64,000 nucleotides of DNA from the IMG/VR virus record IMGVR_UViG_3300045988_176028. One strand, 5' to 3'. Origin of the DNA: a virus. Position 1 is the stretch's first letter. Each line of letters opens with the position of its first letter. The notes under the pieces are model-generated. The model saw only the letters and a program-made list of their open reading frames with translations, did no database searches and was not told where the DNA came from. The position numbers and the translations under genes are program-made. Positions 26,275 through 34,934 of this stretch are shown here, piece after piece.

Positions 26275-27165
26275 ATGATTGACAATAGCAACGAAGGCTA
26301 CCTTCTGAAAGTTGCCGACAATCTGAAACTTATACCCATCGCTGGCGTCTTCCCTATAGAGAATACGGGAGCTGAGTTCTTTGAGAAAAGGAACGGAACG
26401 GTCACGGTCAATATTGCCCCGGAAAGAGGAAAGTGGGCTTATGGGAAGATTCCTAGGCTTATTCTTCTCTACTTGAGTTCTTTAATCATGGAAAGGTCTG
26501 AGAAAGTCGATTTCGACAAAAAGACTATAGTCTTTAACGAATCATTCCGTTCTTTTTGCAAGCACTCTGGCCTAACATATTACGGCGGTTTGGCCGAAAA
26601 AGTAGACGAGATGCTGAATCGTATACTGAATACGACTATCCAGTTTAGGGGCCGGTTCGACGCGAAGGAAGAACGAATACTGGCCGTGGGAAACTATCGG
26701 ATTTTCGATTACGGAGAATTCCACTTTCACGACGTGGACACTTCTCGGAAAACATATATCAGATTATCTGACTTGCTGTGGCGGATTCTTACGGAGAATT
26801 GCGTCCCCTTGAACAGAGGTATCGCCGCCCAATTAGGACGTTCCCCCAGAGCTTTGGATATCTACCAGTGGCTTGCCTATCGAACATATGCCCTGAAAAA
26901 GCCCGTCGTCGTTTCTTGGGAGAATCTTCGGAGTCAGTTCGATTCAGCGGATACGCCGATGTACTCTTTCAGACGGAGGTTTTGCCGGTCGTTGGAGAAG
27001 GTGTCGGACGCGTGGCCGGAGCTGGCGACTTCCGTTGGGGAAAAAGGATTGACGCTCTATCCCAGCAGAAGCTCCCTCACTTCGGGAAAAGGAAAGGAAA
27101 AGGCTTTCGGACAGGGGGCCGTCTCTTCCGCAAAGGAGTCCGCCATGACGGAAAACCCGTTCTAA
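26275..27165 (+). CDS. Plasmid replication initiator, RepA-like, copy 2 (tandem paralog)
   Basis: Collinear similarity to copy 1 (IPRL.L.Y..SL, SPRALDIYQWLAYRTYALKKP, DTPMYSF, GLTLYP). Confidence 0.75.
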   Translation: MIDNSNEGYLLKVADNLKLIPIAGVFPIENTGAEFFEKRNGTVTVNIAPERGKWAYGKIPRLILLYLSSLIMERSEKVDFDKKTIVFNESFRSFCKHSGLTYYGGLAEKVDEMLNRILNTTIQFRGRFDAKEERILAVGNYRIFDYGEFHFHDVDTSRKTYIRLSDLLWRILTENCVPLNRGIAAQLGRSPRALDIYQWLAYRTYALKKPVVVSWENLRSQFDSADTPMYSFRRRFCRSLEKVSDAWPELATSVGEKGLTLYPSRSSLTSGKGKEKAFGQGAVSSAKESAMTENPF

Positions 27166-27166
27166 C

Positions 27167-27208
27167 AAAAAGCTTGGGGCACCGGTTTTTCGATGCCCCA
27201 AGCTTTTT
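27167..27208. terminator. Bidirectional hairpin terminator between convergent genes
   Basis: 15-bp perfect stem AAAAAGCTTGGGGCA/TGCCCCAAGCTTTTT with A/T runs on both sides. Confidence 0.7.
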
Positions 27209-27231
27209 GTTGGGAAACGGAGGGGAAAGAG

Positions 27232-28146
27232 CTATGCGACAACGTCGTTGTACATGGCGAAGTTTTGCGCGTCGGCCATATCCCATGCTGTGAATTCGAC
27301 TTCCTTCAAGGACTTGTCGTATCCGCAGTTTCGGAGCGCGTAGCGTGCCGCCGCGTCGATGCCTTTGCCGTAGTGCCCGTCGGCTTCCGCCTTGTCACGG
27401 AGTTCGGCAATGCCATGCAAGGCCGCGCTGATAGCCATTCCGGCCATTTTCGTCACGTCATTGTCCGCGCTGATGGAGAACGGTTGCCAATCGCATGCGC
27501 CGCTTTTCTCGAACACCCAGAATTGCATAGCCACAGGCTTGCGTCTGGTGCGTTGGAATGCTTCCGCCGGACAGTTCGCAACCGCCTGACGGTAGAACGA
27601 CGCCTGAATGTGATAACCGTATTCGATGACATGCTTGTGGAAGTCCGTGGCGCTGGCACTGCTCGCGGTCTTCAAATCCACGAGATAGTCAACGCCGGTC
27701 GGAATCAAATCCGGCTTGGCTTTCAATCCCAAGCCGGTATCGTCATCCGTCCACACGATGCACTGTTCGCATGTGCCTTTGCCGATAAGGTCGTACATGT
27801 CGGGACGGGAGTCGATGATGTTCTGCTTCATGCGTTTGAGCAACTGCATATCCTTGTAGGATACGACGATGTTGTCCATCGCCTCTTGCGCTTCACGCCA
27901 TGCTTTGTTGGCTTTGTTTTGGAAGGTCTGCCCCTCGTCAAGGCATACGACCTCGCTCGTGTTCAACAGGTAGGCGTGGAATGCGGTTCCGAACTTCATC
28001 GCGTCAGTCGGCGTATGGTCGCCCAACAGTCGGTCGTAAGCCCATTCCTTCGGATTTTTCAGGAACGCTTTCAACTGGCTCTGGTCGAGCGCGTCCATGG
28101 CGAAGTATTCCTCGTCGGTCGCGTCGATGATTTTCGCTTGGCTCAT
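27232..28146 (-). CDS. PD-(D/E)XK nuclease (RecE/exonuclease VIII-like, DUF3799-type)
   Basis: Motifs GLKAKPDLI, YLVDLKT and YGYHIQASFY fit the D...(D/E)xK...QxxxY arrangement of phage/plasmid PDDEXK exonucleases. Confidence 0.7.
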   Translation of the reverse strand: MSQAKIIDATDEEYFAMDALDQSQLKAFLKNPKEWAYDRLLGDHTPTDAMKFGTAFHAYLLNTSEVVCLDEGQTFQNKANKAWREAQEAMDNIVVSYKDMQLLKRMKQNIIDSRPDMYDLIGKGTCEQCIVWTDDDTGLGLKAKPDLIPTGVDYLVDLKTASSASATDFHKHVIEYGYHIQASFYRQAVANCPAEAFQRTRRKPVAMQFWVFEKSGACDWQPFSISADNDVTKMAGMAISAALHGIAELRDKAEADGHYGKGIDAAARYALRNCGYDKSLKEVEFTAWDMADAQNFAMYNDVVA

Positions 28147-28152
28147 GGAGGA

Positions 28153-28815
28153 TTACTCCTCTTCGTCTCCGGTGATGGAAGTGTCTTCGCCTCGCGCTTC
28201 GGCGTCGGCCTTGACCGCGTCTTCGTCGGGCAGATGCACTTCGACCTTGTTGGTTTCGGCGTTCTGGAAGATAACAGGCTCCTCATAGTCGATGGGTTCG
28301 CCGGTCTGCGGGTCGAACTCCGGCTGGAGCTTCATGTTGTCAACGTAGTTGTAGGGGTTTCCATCGGCTTCGGCCTGTGCCCGGTCGATTTCCTCCCACG
28401 CGTCCTGCCATGCGGCGTACTCCTCCGCATAACCCGGATATGGTTCGATGTGGCGAATCTCCCAGTCGAGGAATTGTTTATCGGTGATGGGCTGGGATGG
28501 TTCGAAACTGTTGGTCAGAGAGTCCGGAATCGGAACCGTGTATGATGCTCGGTTCCTTTCCTCCTCCTCGTCGGTCATCGGTTCGTCGAATACTACTTCG
28601 GAGTGGCCGTAATCGGTTGCCATTTTGGTCTTCTTTCTGATTTGCGCGGACATTTCCAAATATTGGACGGTTTCCAACCACATGCCGTGTGGCATTTCAA
28701 GTGGGTTTTTCTCCCACCGTTTATATGTGCTTGTTGACACGTCCAGTACTTCGGCTGTTTCAGCCTGTGTTTTTCCCGCTTGTATTCGAAGGTTGCGTAA
28801 TGAGATGTTTCCCAT
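28153..28815 (-). CDS. XRE-family HTH transcriptional regulator with long acidic C-terminal region
   Basis: N-terminus LRNLRIQAGKTQAETAEVLDVSTSTYKRWEKNP is a canonical Cro/C1-type HTH. Confidence 0.75.
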   Translation of the reverse strand: MGNISLRNLRIQAGKTQAETAEVLDVSTSTYKRWEKNPLEMPHGMWLETVQYLEMSAQIRKKTKMATDYGHSEVVFDEPMTDEEEERNRASYTVPIPDSLTNSFEPSQPITDKQFLDWEIRHIEPYPGYAEEYAAWQDAWEEIDRAQAEADGNPYNYVDNMKLQPEFDPQTGEPIDYEEPVIFQNAETNKVEVHLPDEDAVKADAEARGEDTSITGDEEE

Positions 28816-28837
28816 TTTTTAGACAACTCCTTTCCTA

Positions 28838-28857
28838 CAAGTTTCAACCCAACTATA
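28838..28857 (-). promoter_or_regulatory. Weak box relative (TATAGTTGGGTTGAAACTTG) upstream of the XRE gene
   Basis: The TATAGT -10 lies 37 nt before the ATG at 28815. The downstream part only loosely resembles the box. Confidence 0.35.
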
Positions 28858-28957
28858 GCATTGGTTCACTTTTGAGCCAAATCGTATGATTGAGTATGCT
28901 GATAATCGTTGAAATTCAAGGGGACACGCTTGATTTCACAATAGTTCAAATATGACC

Positions 28958-28977
28958 TATACTTGGACATGTCCACA
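28958..28977 (+). promoter_or_regulatory. Box promoter variant on + strand (TATACTTGGACATGTCCACA)
   Basis: Same architecture as the minus-strand boxes but points into the + strand SSB gene. Contains the perfect palindrome TGGACATGTCCA. Confidence 0.55.
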
Positions 28978-29095
28978 TAAAAGAACTGACTTCCTCCACT
29001 CATGTCAGAGCATGTTCAAACTGTTTCCCGAATGGAAAAGGTTCATGCCTGATATTGGTGTGAGAGGAAAACGAAAATAAAGGAGAAAGCCAAAA

Positions 29096-30217
29096 ATGGC
29101 AGAGCAAGAGCAGTCCGCGTCAGTGCCGTCCACGCTCGACGTGTTCCTCCCCCATATCACTCTTGGACGTTGCTCCCTCTTCGAGCCTTACGTTTTCAAG
29201 CAGAGCGACGATGACAAGAACAAGGACAAGACTCCAAGCAAGCCGTCCTACATGTTCCGTGCGATTCTCGACAAGCGTCGTGACAGTGCTATCATCAAGA
29301 AGATTTCCGGCTATCAGAACGCATATATCGAAGAGCTGAAAGCCAAGCGCATGTTCGACAAGCGTGCCGCAATCCACTTCGCCCTCGTTGACTGCGATAG
29401 TGAGGAAGTCGAGGACAAGGACACCGGCGAACTGGTAATCATGTCCGAACGTGATTCCTCGCTGAGGGGCAAGTACATGCTTTCCGCCAAGTCTCGCGCA
29501 ACCGAACCGCCGAGCGTAGGCTGGGTCGATGACAAGAACATCCTCCACCCCATGCCGAAACATTTCATCGTGAACGAGGAAGACCCCGATTCCGTTGAAG
29601 AGTACGAACGCCGACTCGACTTCTGGAAAGACAAGGTGTATGCGGGACAGTATGCGAGTGCCGTGCTTCGTCTTTCCGGCTGGCATCAGGCCAAGATTGG
29701 TCAGGGTGTGACCGGTCGAATCAAGAGCGTTGTCATTATCGGCGGTGGTACTCCGGCTGGCATCATGTCCCTTGAGGATGCTTTCACCGAAGAGCAGATT
29801 GCTGAAATGGTCGCATGGCGTGACCAGATGGTGCCGGATTACGAGTCGGGCGACGACCCGTGGAACAAGCGTGTCAAGCTTCGTTCCAGTTCTGACGTTG
29901 ACGATTATGCTGAGGATGACGATGTGGAGGAAGAGGAGACTCCGAAGCCGCGTCGCAAGGCGAAGCCGGTCAAGCCGGTCGAACCGGAACCGGAAGAAGA
30001 GGACGACTACGAGTATGAGGAGGAGGCTCCGAAGCCGCGTCGTAAGACCAAGCCCGCCCGTAAGGTGAAGCCGGTCGAACCGGAAGAGGAATACGACGGC
30101 GTGGAGGAAGAGGAGGTTCCCGCTCCCCGACCGCGTAAGACCCGTAAGCCTGTCAAGGAAACGGTCGAAGACGATTACGACTCCGACTTTGACGAGGGTG
30201 CGGACACCGAATGGTGA
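29096..30217 (+). CDS. ssDNA-binding protein, DUF2815-like, with basic/acidic repeat tail
   Basis: N-terminal HITLGRCSLFEPYVF and later VYAGQYASAVLRLSGW...GVTGRIKSVVIIGGGTP fit the DUF2815 phage SSB pattern. Three PKPRRK-KP-VEPE repeats. Acidic tip DSDFDEGADTEW. Confidence 0.6.
   Translation: MAEQEQSASVPSTLDVFLPHITLGRCSLFEPYVFKQSDDDKNKDKTPSKPSYMFRAILDKRRDSAIIKKISGYQNAYIEELKAKRMFDKRAAIHFALVDCDSEEVEDKDTGELVIMSERDSSLRGKYMLSAKSRATEPPSVGWVDDKNILHPMPKHFIVNEEDPDSVEEYERRLDFWKDKVYAGQYASAVLRLSGWHQAKIGQGVTGRIKSVVIIGGGTPAGIMSLEDAFTEEQIAEMVAWRDQMVPDYESGDDPWNKRVKLRSSSDVDDYAEDDDVEEEETPKPRRKAKPVKPVEPEPEEEDDYEYEEEAPKPRRKTKPARKVKPVEPEEEYDGVEEEEVPAPRPRKTRKPVKETVEDDYDSDFDEGADTEW
29939..30150 (+). repeat. Direct repeats encoding (E)TPKPRRK.KP.KPVEPE-acidic units (3 copies)
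   Basis: actccgaagccgcgtcgcaaggcgaagccggtcaagccggtcgaaccgga recurs as gctccgaagccgcgtcgtaagaccaag...gtgaagccggtcgaaccgga, plus a third degenerate unit. Confidence 0.7.
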
Positions 30218-30229
30218 TTGACTGATTCT

Positions 30230-30280
30230 AAAGAGTTATCCCAACCTACAAGTTTCTGTTGTAGGTTGGGATAACTCTTT
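30230..30280. terminator. Bidirectional hairpin terminator (22-bp perfect stem)
   Basis: AAAGAGTTATCCCAACCTACAA-gtttctg-TTGTAGGTTGGGATAACTCTTT, between convergent genes and flanked by A/T runs. Confidence 0.8.
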
Positions 30281-30285
30281 TTAGG

Positions 30286-32970
30286 CTAGAACATCACGCC
30301 GCTGTTGCCGTCACCACCGGTGGACGGTTGCGACGGTGTAGCCGGTGTGGATGGAGTCGATGGTGTGGACGGGGTTGACGGCGTGGACTGCTGTTGCCTT
30401 GGAGCCGTATACTGCCGTTGCGGCGTATACGTGTACGTGTATTGCCGTTGCGGCGTGTAAGTCGGCTGGGACTGCTGTTGCTGTTGGGCCTGCTGATTTT
30501 TGGCCTCCTCCTCGGCTTTCTTCTTATCCTCTTCCGCCTTCTTCGCATTATCCGCGTCGGTCTTGGCCTTGCTGACCTTGCCCACCACATCTTGCAGACT
30601 GGACACCGCCTTGTTGGCGTCGGCCACATTGTCAGCCGTCACCTGCGTATCTTTCCACTGTTTGACGAGACTGTTCATGGTCTTCTTATCCGACGAATCC
30701 GGAGCGTCGCCAAGTTTTCCGGCTTGGTCGATGAGACTCTTCAACTTATTGGACACGTCCACGCTCTTCGACTGCAACGCCTTCCGATACGCGTTGTCGG
30801 TCGCCTTGTATTGAGCGTTCAACGCCTTCATTTTCTTGCCGATTGCCGCTTCGGTCATCGGATTTCCTTCCGTGGCCTTGCTGAGCTTGTCACACTCCCC
30901 CAGCGTGGTCTTGTCGTCCTTCACGAGACTGTTCTTGATTTCCTTAATCAGGTCTTTCGCGTCGGCCACACGCTTGTCCCAATTGTTTTGGGCTTTCGTG
31001 AGCGAATCCTGCTTCTTTTGGATTTCAACCTGCCGGGCCTTCTCGGCTTGGGCGTGAGTGTATGTCGAATAAGCGTAATAGCCACCACCGCATAGAAGCG
31101 CGATACCGGCCAGAATCACCACGACCATGATAATGATTTTACGGATTCTGCCACCATCGCCTTCACCGTCGGTGGTGTTTTCGGCTTCGGCATCATCCGC
31201 ATAATCCGGCAGTTCGCCGTCGAATTGTTGCGGCGGAAAACCGGAGGACTGTTCTACGGGCGTACTGTCGAACTGGTTTGCCTGTATACTGTCATCCCAG
31301 AAACCGTCATCCTCCTGTTGTGGCGCGGATTGTTGTTGCTGGGGTGCCGACTGTTCCTGACCGTTGGAACCATCCTCCCACCATTGGCCTTCACCATGGT
31401 CGTTGAAGATGCTGTTTCGACGGTAGAAGTCATCATCCGGCTGGTTGGACTGTTCGCCGTTCTGCTGGTTCGCCGGTTCGGTGTCGGATTGGCTCACCGG
31501 CGTATTGTCGTACTGGTTTTCCTGTCCGCCGTCGAATGGGCTTGCCTGTCCGCCGTCATCCGGTTCAGGCTGTTGGGCTGGAATCTCATCTCCCCAAATA
31601 TCATCGTAGGCTACCGGAGCGGCGTTCTGTCCATACGGCGAATTGTCGTCACTGCTCCCCCATATATCCGGCTCGTTGGACGGCTGGCTTTCCGGCATAC
31701 CGTTCAACTGGTTTGCTGTTTCGCCTGTGGGATTGTCTCCCCAAATATCCTGCTCACCGTCCGACTGGATTGCCTGTCCGCTGTCCGACTGTTGAACCGG
31801 CTGAACGTCGGATTCATCTCCCCAGAAGTCTTGTTCGCTGGCCTGCCTGTCCGCCGTTTCACCATTCGACTGTTGGACTTGCCTGCCTGTGGGATTGTCT
31901 CCCCAGATATCCTGTTCGCCGTTCTGTTGGAACGCCTGAACGTCATCGGACTGTTGTTCAGGCATACTGGTCTGCTGTTGCGCCGGTTCGCCGGTATTCC
32001 AGAAATCATCATTTGACTGGTTTGCCGTTTCGCCGTTCGACTGTTGCGCCTGACCGTCGGCATACTGTTGTTCCGGCGAATCAACACTCCAAATATCCGC
32101 TTGACTGTCCTGCTGGCTGGCCGGATAATCGGCTTGTTGCGGTTCCGCCTGTTGTGGCATGTCATCCATCCGCCAGATGGAATCCTGTTCCGCCTGTCCA
32201 ACGTTCTGCCTGTCCGCCGTTTCGCTGTTCTGTCGCCCATCCGGATTGACGGTATTCTGTCCTACCGTGGAGGCATCGGACTGTTCCCGCATGTTCCACA
32301 TGGAGAACGGGTCTATGTCATCTTCAGACTGCTGGTTTCCCGCTACACCGGTTTGCTGTTCTGCCGGTTCGCCGTAAAACTGTTGTTCCTGCTGGAAAGC
32401 TGACTGCTCTTCCGTTCCAACAGCCGACTGTCCGACCGGCTCACCGTAGTATTGCTCAGCCGGTACGCCGTTTTCGACGGGGGACTGTCCGACCGGCATA
32501 CCGGAATCCTGTTCAACCGTTTCGCCTGTATCGGACGATGGGGAACCCCACGGGTCTTCCAACAGACTGTCGATATCGATGGAATCCTCATCGACCGTAC
32601 CATCATTCTGCTGGCTGACCGGTTTCACATCGACCGGCTCCACCGGTTGACTGTTGAAACGTGGAGGCGGCGTTGTGGAGGACTGGTTTTCACTATCGGA
32701 CGGTACGGCGTCATTCCGTTCCGCCTGTCCACCGTTCCGCCTGTTCGACGTACCATCATCGTTCCGGGAAGACGATTCTCCACTCGACTGCTTCGCCGTC
32801 GCACTGTTTTTCTTCCTCACAGTCGAAGAGGTGTTCCGCTTCGCCGGAGACTTCTTTTTCCTGCCCGCCGGTTTAGCGGCGGACTGCTCCACCGGCATGT
32901 CGGACATGTCCATCAAAAGAGACTCATCCAACCGGTTGTTGCCAATCAGAAAATCATCCTGCTCAGACAT
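30286..32970 (-). CDS. Bitopic membrane protein (894 aa): about 600-aa disordered acidic/Q-rich N-terminal region with repeated D-(I/F)-W motifs, one TM, coiled-coil ectodomain, (S/T)P tail
   Basis: TM helix IIIMVVVILAGIALLCGGGYYAY. At least 12 acidic-aromatic motifs (QDIWGDNP x2, QDFWGDES, PDIWGSSD, DDIWGDEI, DDFWNTGE, ADIWSVDS...). C-terminus TPSTPSTPSTPSTPATPSQP. Confidence 0.8.
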   Translation of the reverse strand: MSEQDDFLIGNNRLDESLLMDMSDMPVEQSAAKPAGRKKKSPAKRNTSSTVRKKNSATAKQSSGESSSRNDDGTSNRRNGGQAERNDAVPSDSENQSSTTPPPRFNSQPVEPVDVKPVSQQNDGTVDEDSIDIDSLLEDPWGSPSSDTGETVEQDSGMPVGQSPVENGVPAEQYYGEPVGQSAVGTEEQSAFQQEQQFYGEPAEQQTGVAGNQQSEDDIDPFSMWNMREQSDASTVGQNTVNPDGRQNSETADRQNVGQAEQDSIWRMDDMPQQAEPQQADYPASQQDSQADIWSVDSPEQQYADGQAQQSNGETANQSNDDFWNTGEPAQQQTSMPEQQSDDVQAFQQNGEQDIWGDNPTGRQVQQSNGETADRQASEQDFWGDESDVQPVQQSDSGQAIQSDGEQDIWGDNPTGETANQLNGMPESQPSNEPDIWGSSDDNSPYGQNAAPVAYDDIWGDEIPAQQPEPDDGGQASPFDGGQENQYDNTPVSQSDTEPANQQNGEQSNQPDDDFYRRNSIFNDHGEGQWWEDGSNGQEQSAPQQQQSAPQQEDDGFWDDSIQANQFDSTPVEQSSGFPPQQFDGELPDYADDAEAENTTDGEGDGGRIRKIIIMVVVILAGIALLCGGGYYAYSTYTHAQAEKARQVEIQKKQDSLTKAQNNWDKRVADAKDLIKEIKNSLVKDDKTTLGECDKLSKATEGNPMTEAAIGKKMKALNAQYKATDNAYRKALQSKSVDVSNKLKSLIDQAGKLGDAPDSSDKKTMNSLVKQWKDTQVTADNVADANKAVSSLQDVVGKVSKAKTDADNAKKAEEDKKKAEEEAKNQQAQQQQQSQPTYTPQRQYTYTYTPQRQYTAPRQQQSTPSTPSTPSTPSTPATPSQPSTGGDGNSGVMF
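31230..32300 (-). repeat. Imperfect tandem DNA/protein repeats in the 894-aa gene
   Basis: For example, gggattgtctccccaaatatcctg (about 31730) and gggattgtctccccagatatcctg (about 31884), plus recurrent QSNGETA(N/D)(Q/R) units. Confidence 0.65.
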
Positions 32971-33005
32971 CTGCGAAACACCTCCAGACTATGATGGTCG
33001 GACTC

Positions 33006-34934
33006 TTACAAGCCCTGCTGTGCGGACTCTTTGGCAAGACTACGAGCGGCGGCTACCGCGCTCACGTGGGGCACGTCAACTCCAGCCGCATACAGTTTGC
33101 TCGCATGAGCTGCGGCGGCGGCACCTTTCAACGGTTCGTCCCGGTCTGCCACGTCACGACCGTCTTCACCGAATCCGCCTTCGGTCTCCAACCGGCTGGG
33201 GGAGTGGCTGTCATCCTCGTACATGGCACCGTCGTCGGGTTTTTCTGCGGCGGCGGGCACGGCCACGATGATGTCATCCCATGACCAGTGACCGGCCTCA
33301 TCATTGCCTTTCGGGGGATTGTTCTCCAACATGTGCTCGCGAAGGATATCGCTCCAGCTTTTCCCATGCTTGTGGTCGTCCTCGTAGAAGCCCTTGTAAA
33401 CGCAAGCCTCCTGACCGACAAGCTCGGCTATGCCGCAACCACGGGACACTCCAGCCTCGATAAGATAACTCGGCACAGTTGGAGCGTTCTTCGCATCATT
33501 CAGCACGGTGCCACGAACGGTATCGTTGACCTTGTCGCCCAACAGAATCTTCGACGGAAGATTGGTCCGGACACTCGGGTCAAGACCATTCTGGCTGGTT
33601 GCGGACTGGGCCGCATACATGAAGAAGATACCGCTGAAACGAACCGTCTGGCAGATTTTCAGCAACGCCATATAATTCATCGCACGGATACCCTTCTCGT
33701 ATTCGGCTTTGATACGGGTCGGATTATCCTTCGACAATCCCGGCGGAACGGTCAACGGTGCCGCCCATTGCGCAATCTCATCGCACACCAACAGAATCGG
33801 CGGATACTGTTTACGGACTGCCTCCGGCAGACCCCACCAATTCTCCTTGCCATACTGGTTGATGACATTCGCACGAACCGTGCTCAAGTCCAGAATGTGT
33901 TGCAAGGTGGCCGCGCAGGATTCCATGCTGTCGCAACCCCAACCATGGTCGATGACCCACGGACGGCACCATTTGAAATCGACGCTCTTGTACTTGTCGT
34001 CGCATACCGCGAGTTGGCATCCGGCTGATACTGCGGCATATACAAGACAGTTGATGACCACACTCTTACCGCCATTGGAAGCGCCCGCGACCAGCACTCC
34101 GGACGCGTCCTTCCAATCGTTGTACAACAGGTCACCGGTCTCACGTCCACGGTCGGGAAGCTTCATACCAAAGTAGGCGTGGCGCAAATCGCTTTTCTTC
34201 CAGAACTCCTTCGGCGGATTGATGACCGCAGGGAAGGTCGGCGGCACTCCCGGATACACGGTGATGACACCGTTCTCGGCATCAGCCTTGAAGAACCAGC
34301 CTTCACCGCCGATAATCTCAACGGTCTCCTGAATCTTCGTATCATGCTTGGAAGGACGATACGTGGCCGCATTGCCTTTGATACGGATTTTCCAACCACC
34401 CTCAGCGGTCGGCGTCAGACGAATAAGCCACGGATACTTCTGCAAGCCCAACGCCTCAGCGAACTGTTGGCGAATCGAAATGGTCTTATCGTCCATCAAC
34501 TGCAACAGCACGACGCTCTTGGAACTGGTGCGCGGAATGAAATCGATTACCTTCCATGTCATGCCCGGCACATGTTTGATGGTCGGGTCTGTACTGTTGG
34601 CATAATTCAGTTCGATACGGGCGACGGTATCCTTCTGACGGGCTTCGCCCATACAGTCGGCGGCGTCGATTTCATCACCGTGTGCCATACCCTCCGTGAG
34701 AAGCTTCTGCATCTCCTTATCGTCGGTAGACATAGCCATCGGAGCGATGTAGGCGTAGAGTCCGTCCGGGCTGATGCTGTCAATGAGATAGCCTTCATAT
34801 TTTTCAGGCTGGCGTGCGGCCTTCTCCTGAATTTTTCGGGTCAGACGCATCATATCGTCGGGATTGTGCGCGTCGAACCCGTCAGGGAACATTTTGGATA
34901 ATCCGATTTTGATTTTCGGTCTGGTTTCAGGCAT
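33006..34934 (-). CDS. FtsK/SpoIIIE-HerA-type P-loop ATPase (642 aa, soluble)
   Basis: Walker A VAGASNGGKS and Walker B PPILLVCDEIAQW. No TM segments. Confidence 0.8.
   Translation of the reverse strand: MPETRPKIKIGLSKMFPDGFDAHNPDDMMRLTRKIQEKAARQPEKYEGYLIDSISPDGLYAYIAPMAMSTDDKEMQKLLTEGMAHGDEIDAADCMGEARQKDTVARIELNYANSTDPTIKHVPGMTWKVIDFIPRTSSKSVVLLQLMDDKTISIRQQFAEALGLQKYPWLIRLTPTAEGGWKIRIKGNAATYRPSKHDTKIQETVEIIGGEGWFFKADAENGVITVYPGVPPTFPAVINPPKEFWKKSDLRHAYFGMKLPDRGRETGDLLYNDWKDASGVLVAGASNGGKSVVINCLVYAAVSAGCQLAVCDDKYKSVDFKWCRPWVIDHGWGCDSMESCAATLQHILDLSTVRANVINQYGKENWWGLPEAVRKQYPPILLVCDEIAQWAAPLTVPPGLSKDNPTRIKAEYEKGIRAMNYMALLKICQTVRFSGIFFMYAAQSATSQNGLDPSVRTNLPSKILLGDKVNDTVRGTVLNDAKNAPTVPSYLIEAGVSRGCGIAELVGQEACVYKGFYEDDHKHGKSWSDILREHMLENNPPKGNDEAGHWSWDDIIVAVPAAAEKPDDGAMYEDDSHSPSRLETEGGFGEDGRDVADRDEPLKGAAAAAHASKLYAAGVDVPHVSAVAAARSLAKESAQQGL

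Noticed and set aside
30345-32994. Multiple + strand ORFs (for example 31225-32016, 31536-32249 and 32452-32994) opposite the 894-aa repeat gene.
   Set aside because: Repeat-rich, compositionally biased DNA keeps several frames open. Only the minus-strand frame has a TM helix, a coiled coil and operon context.
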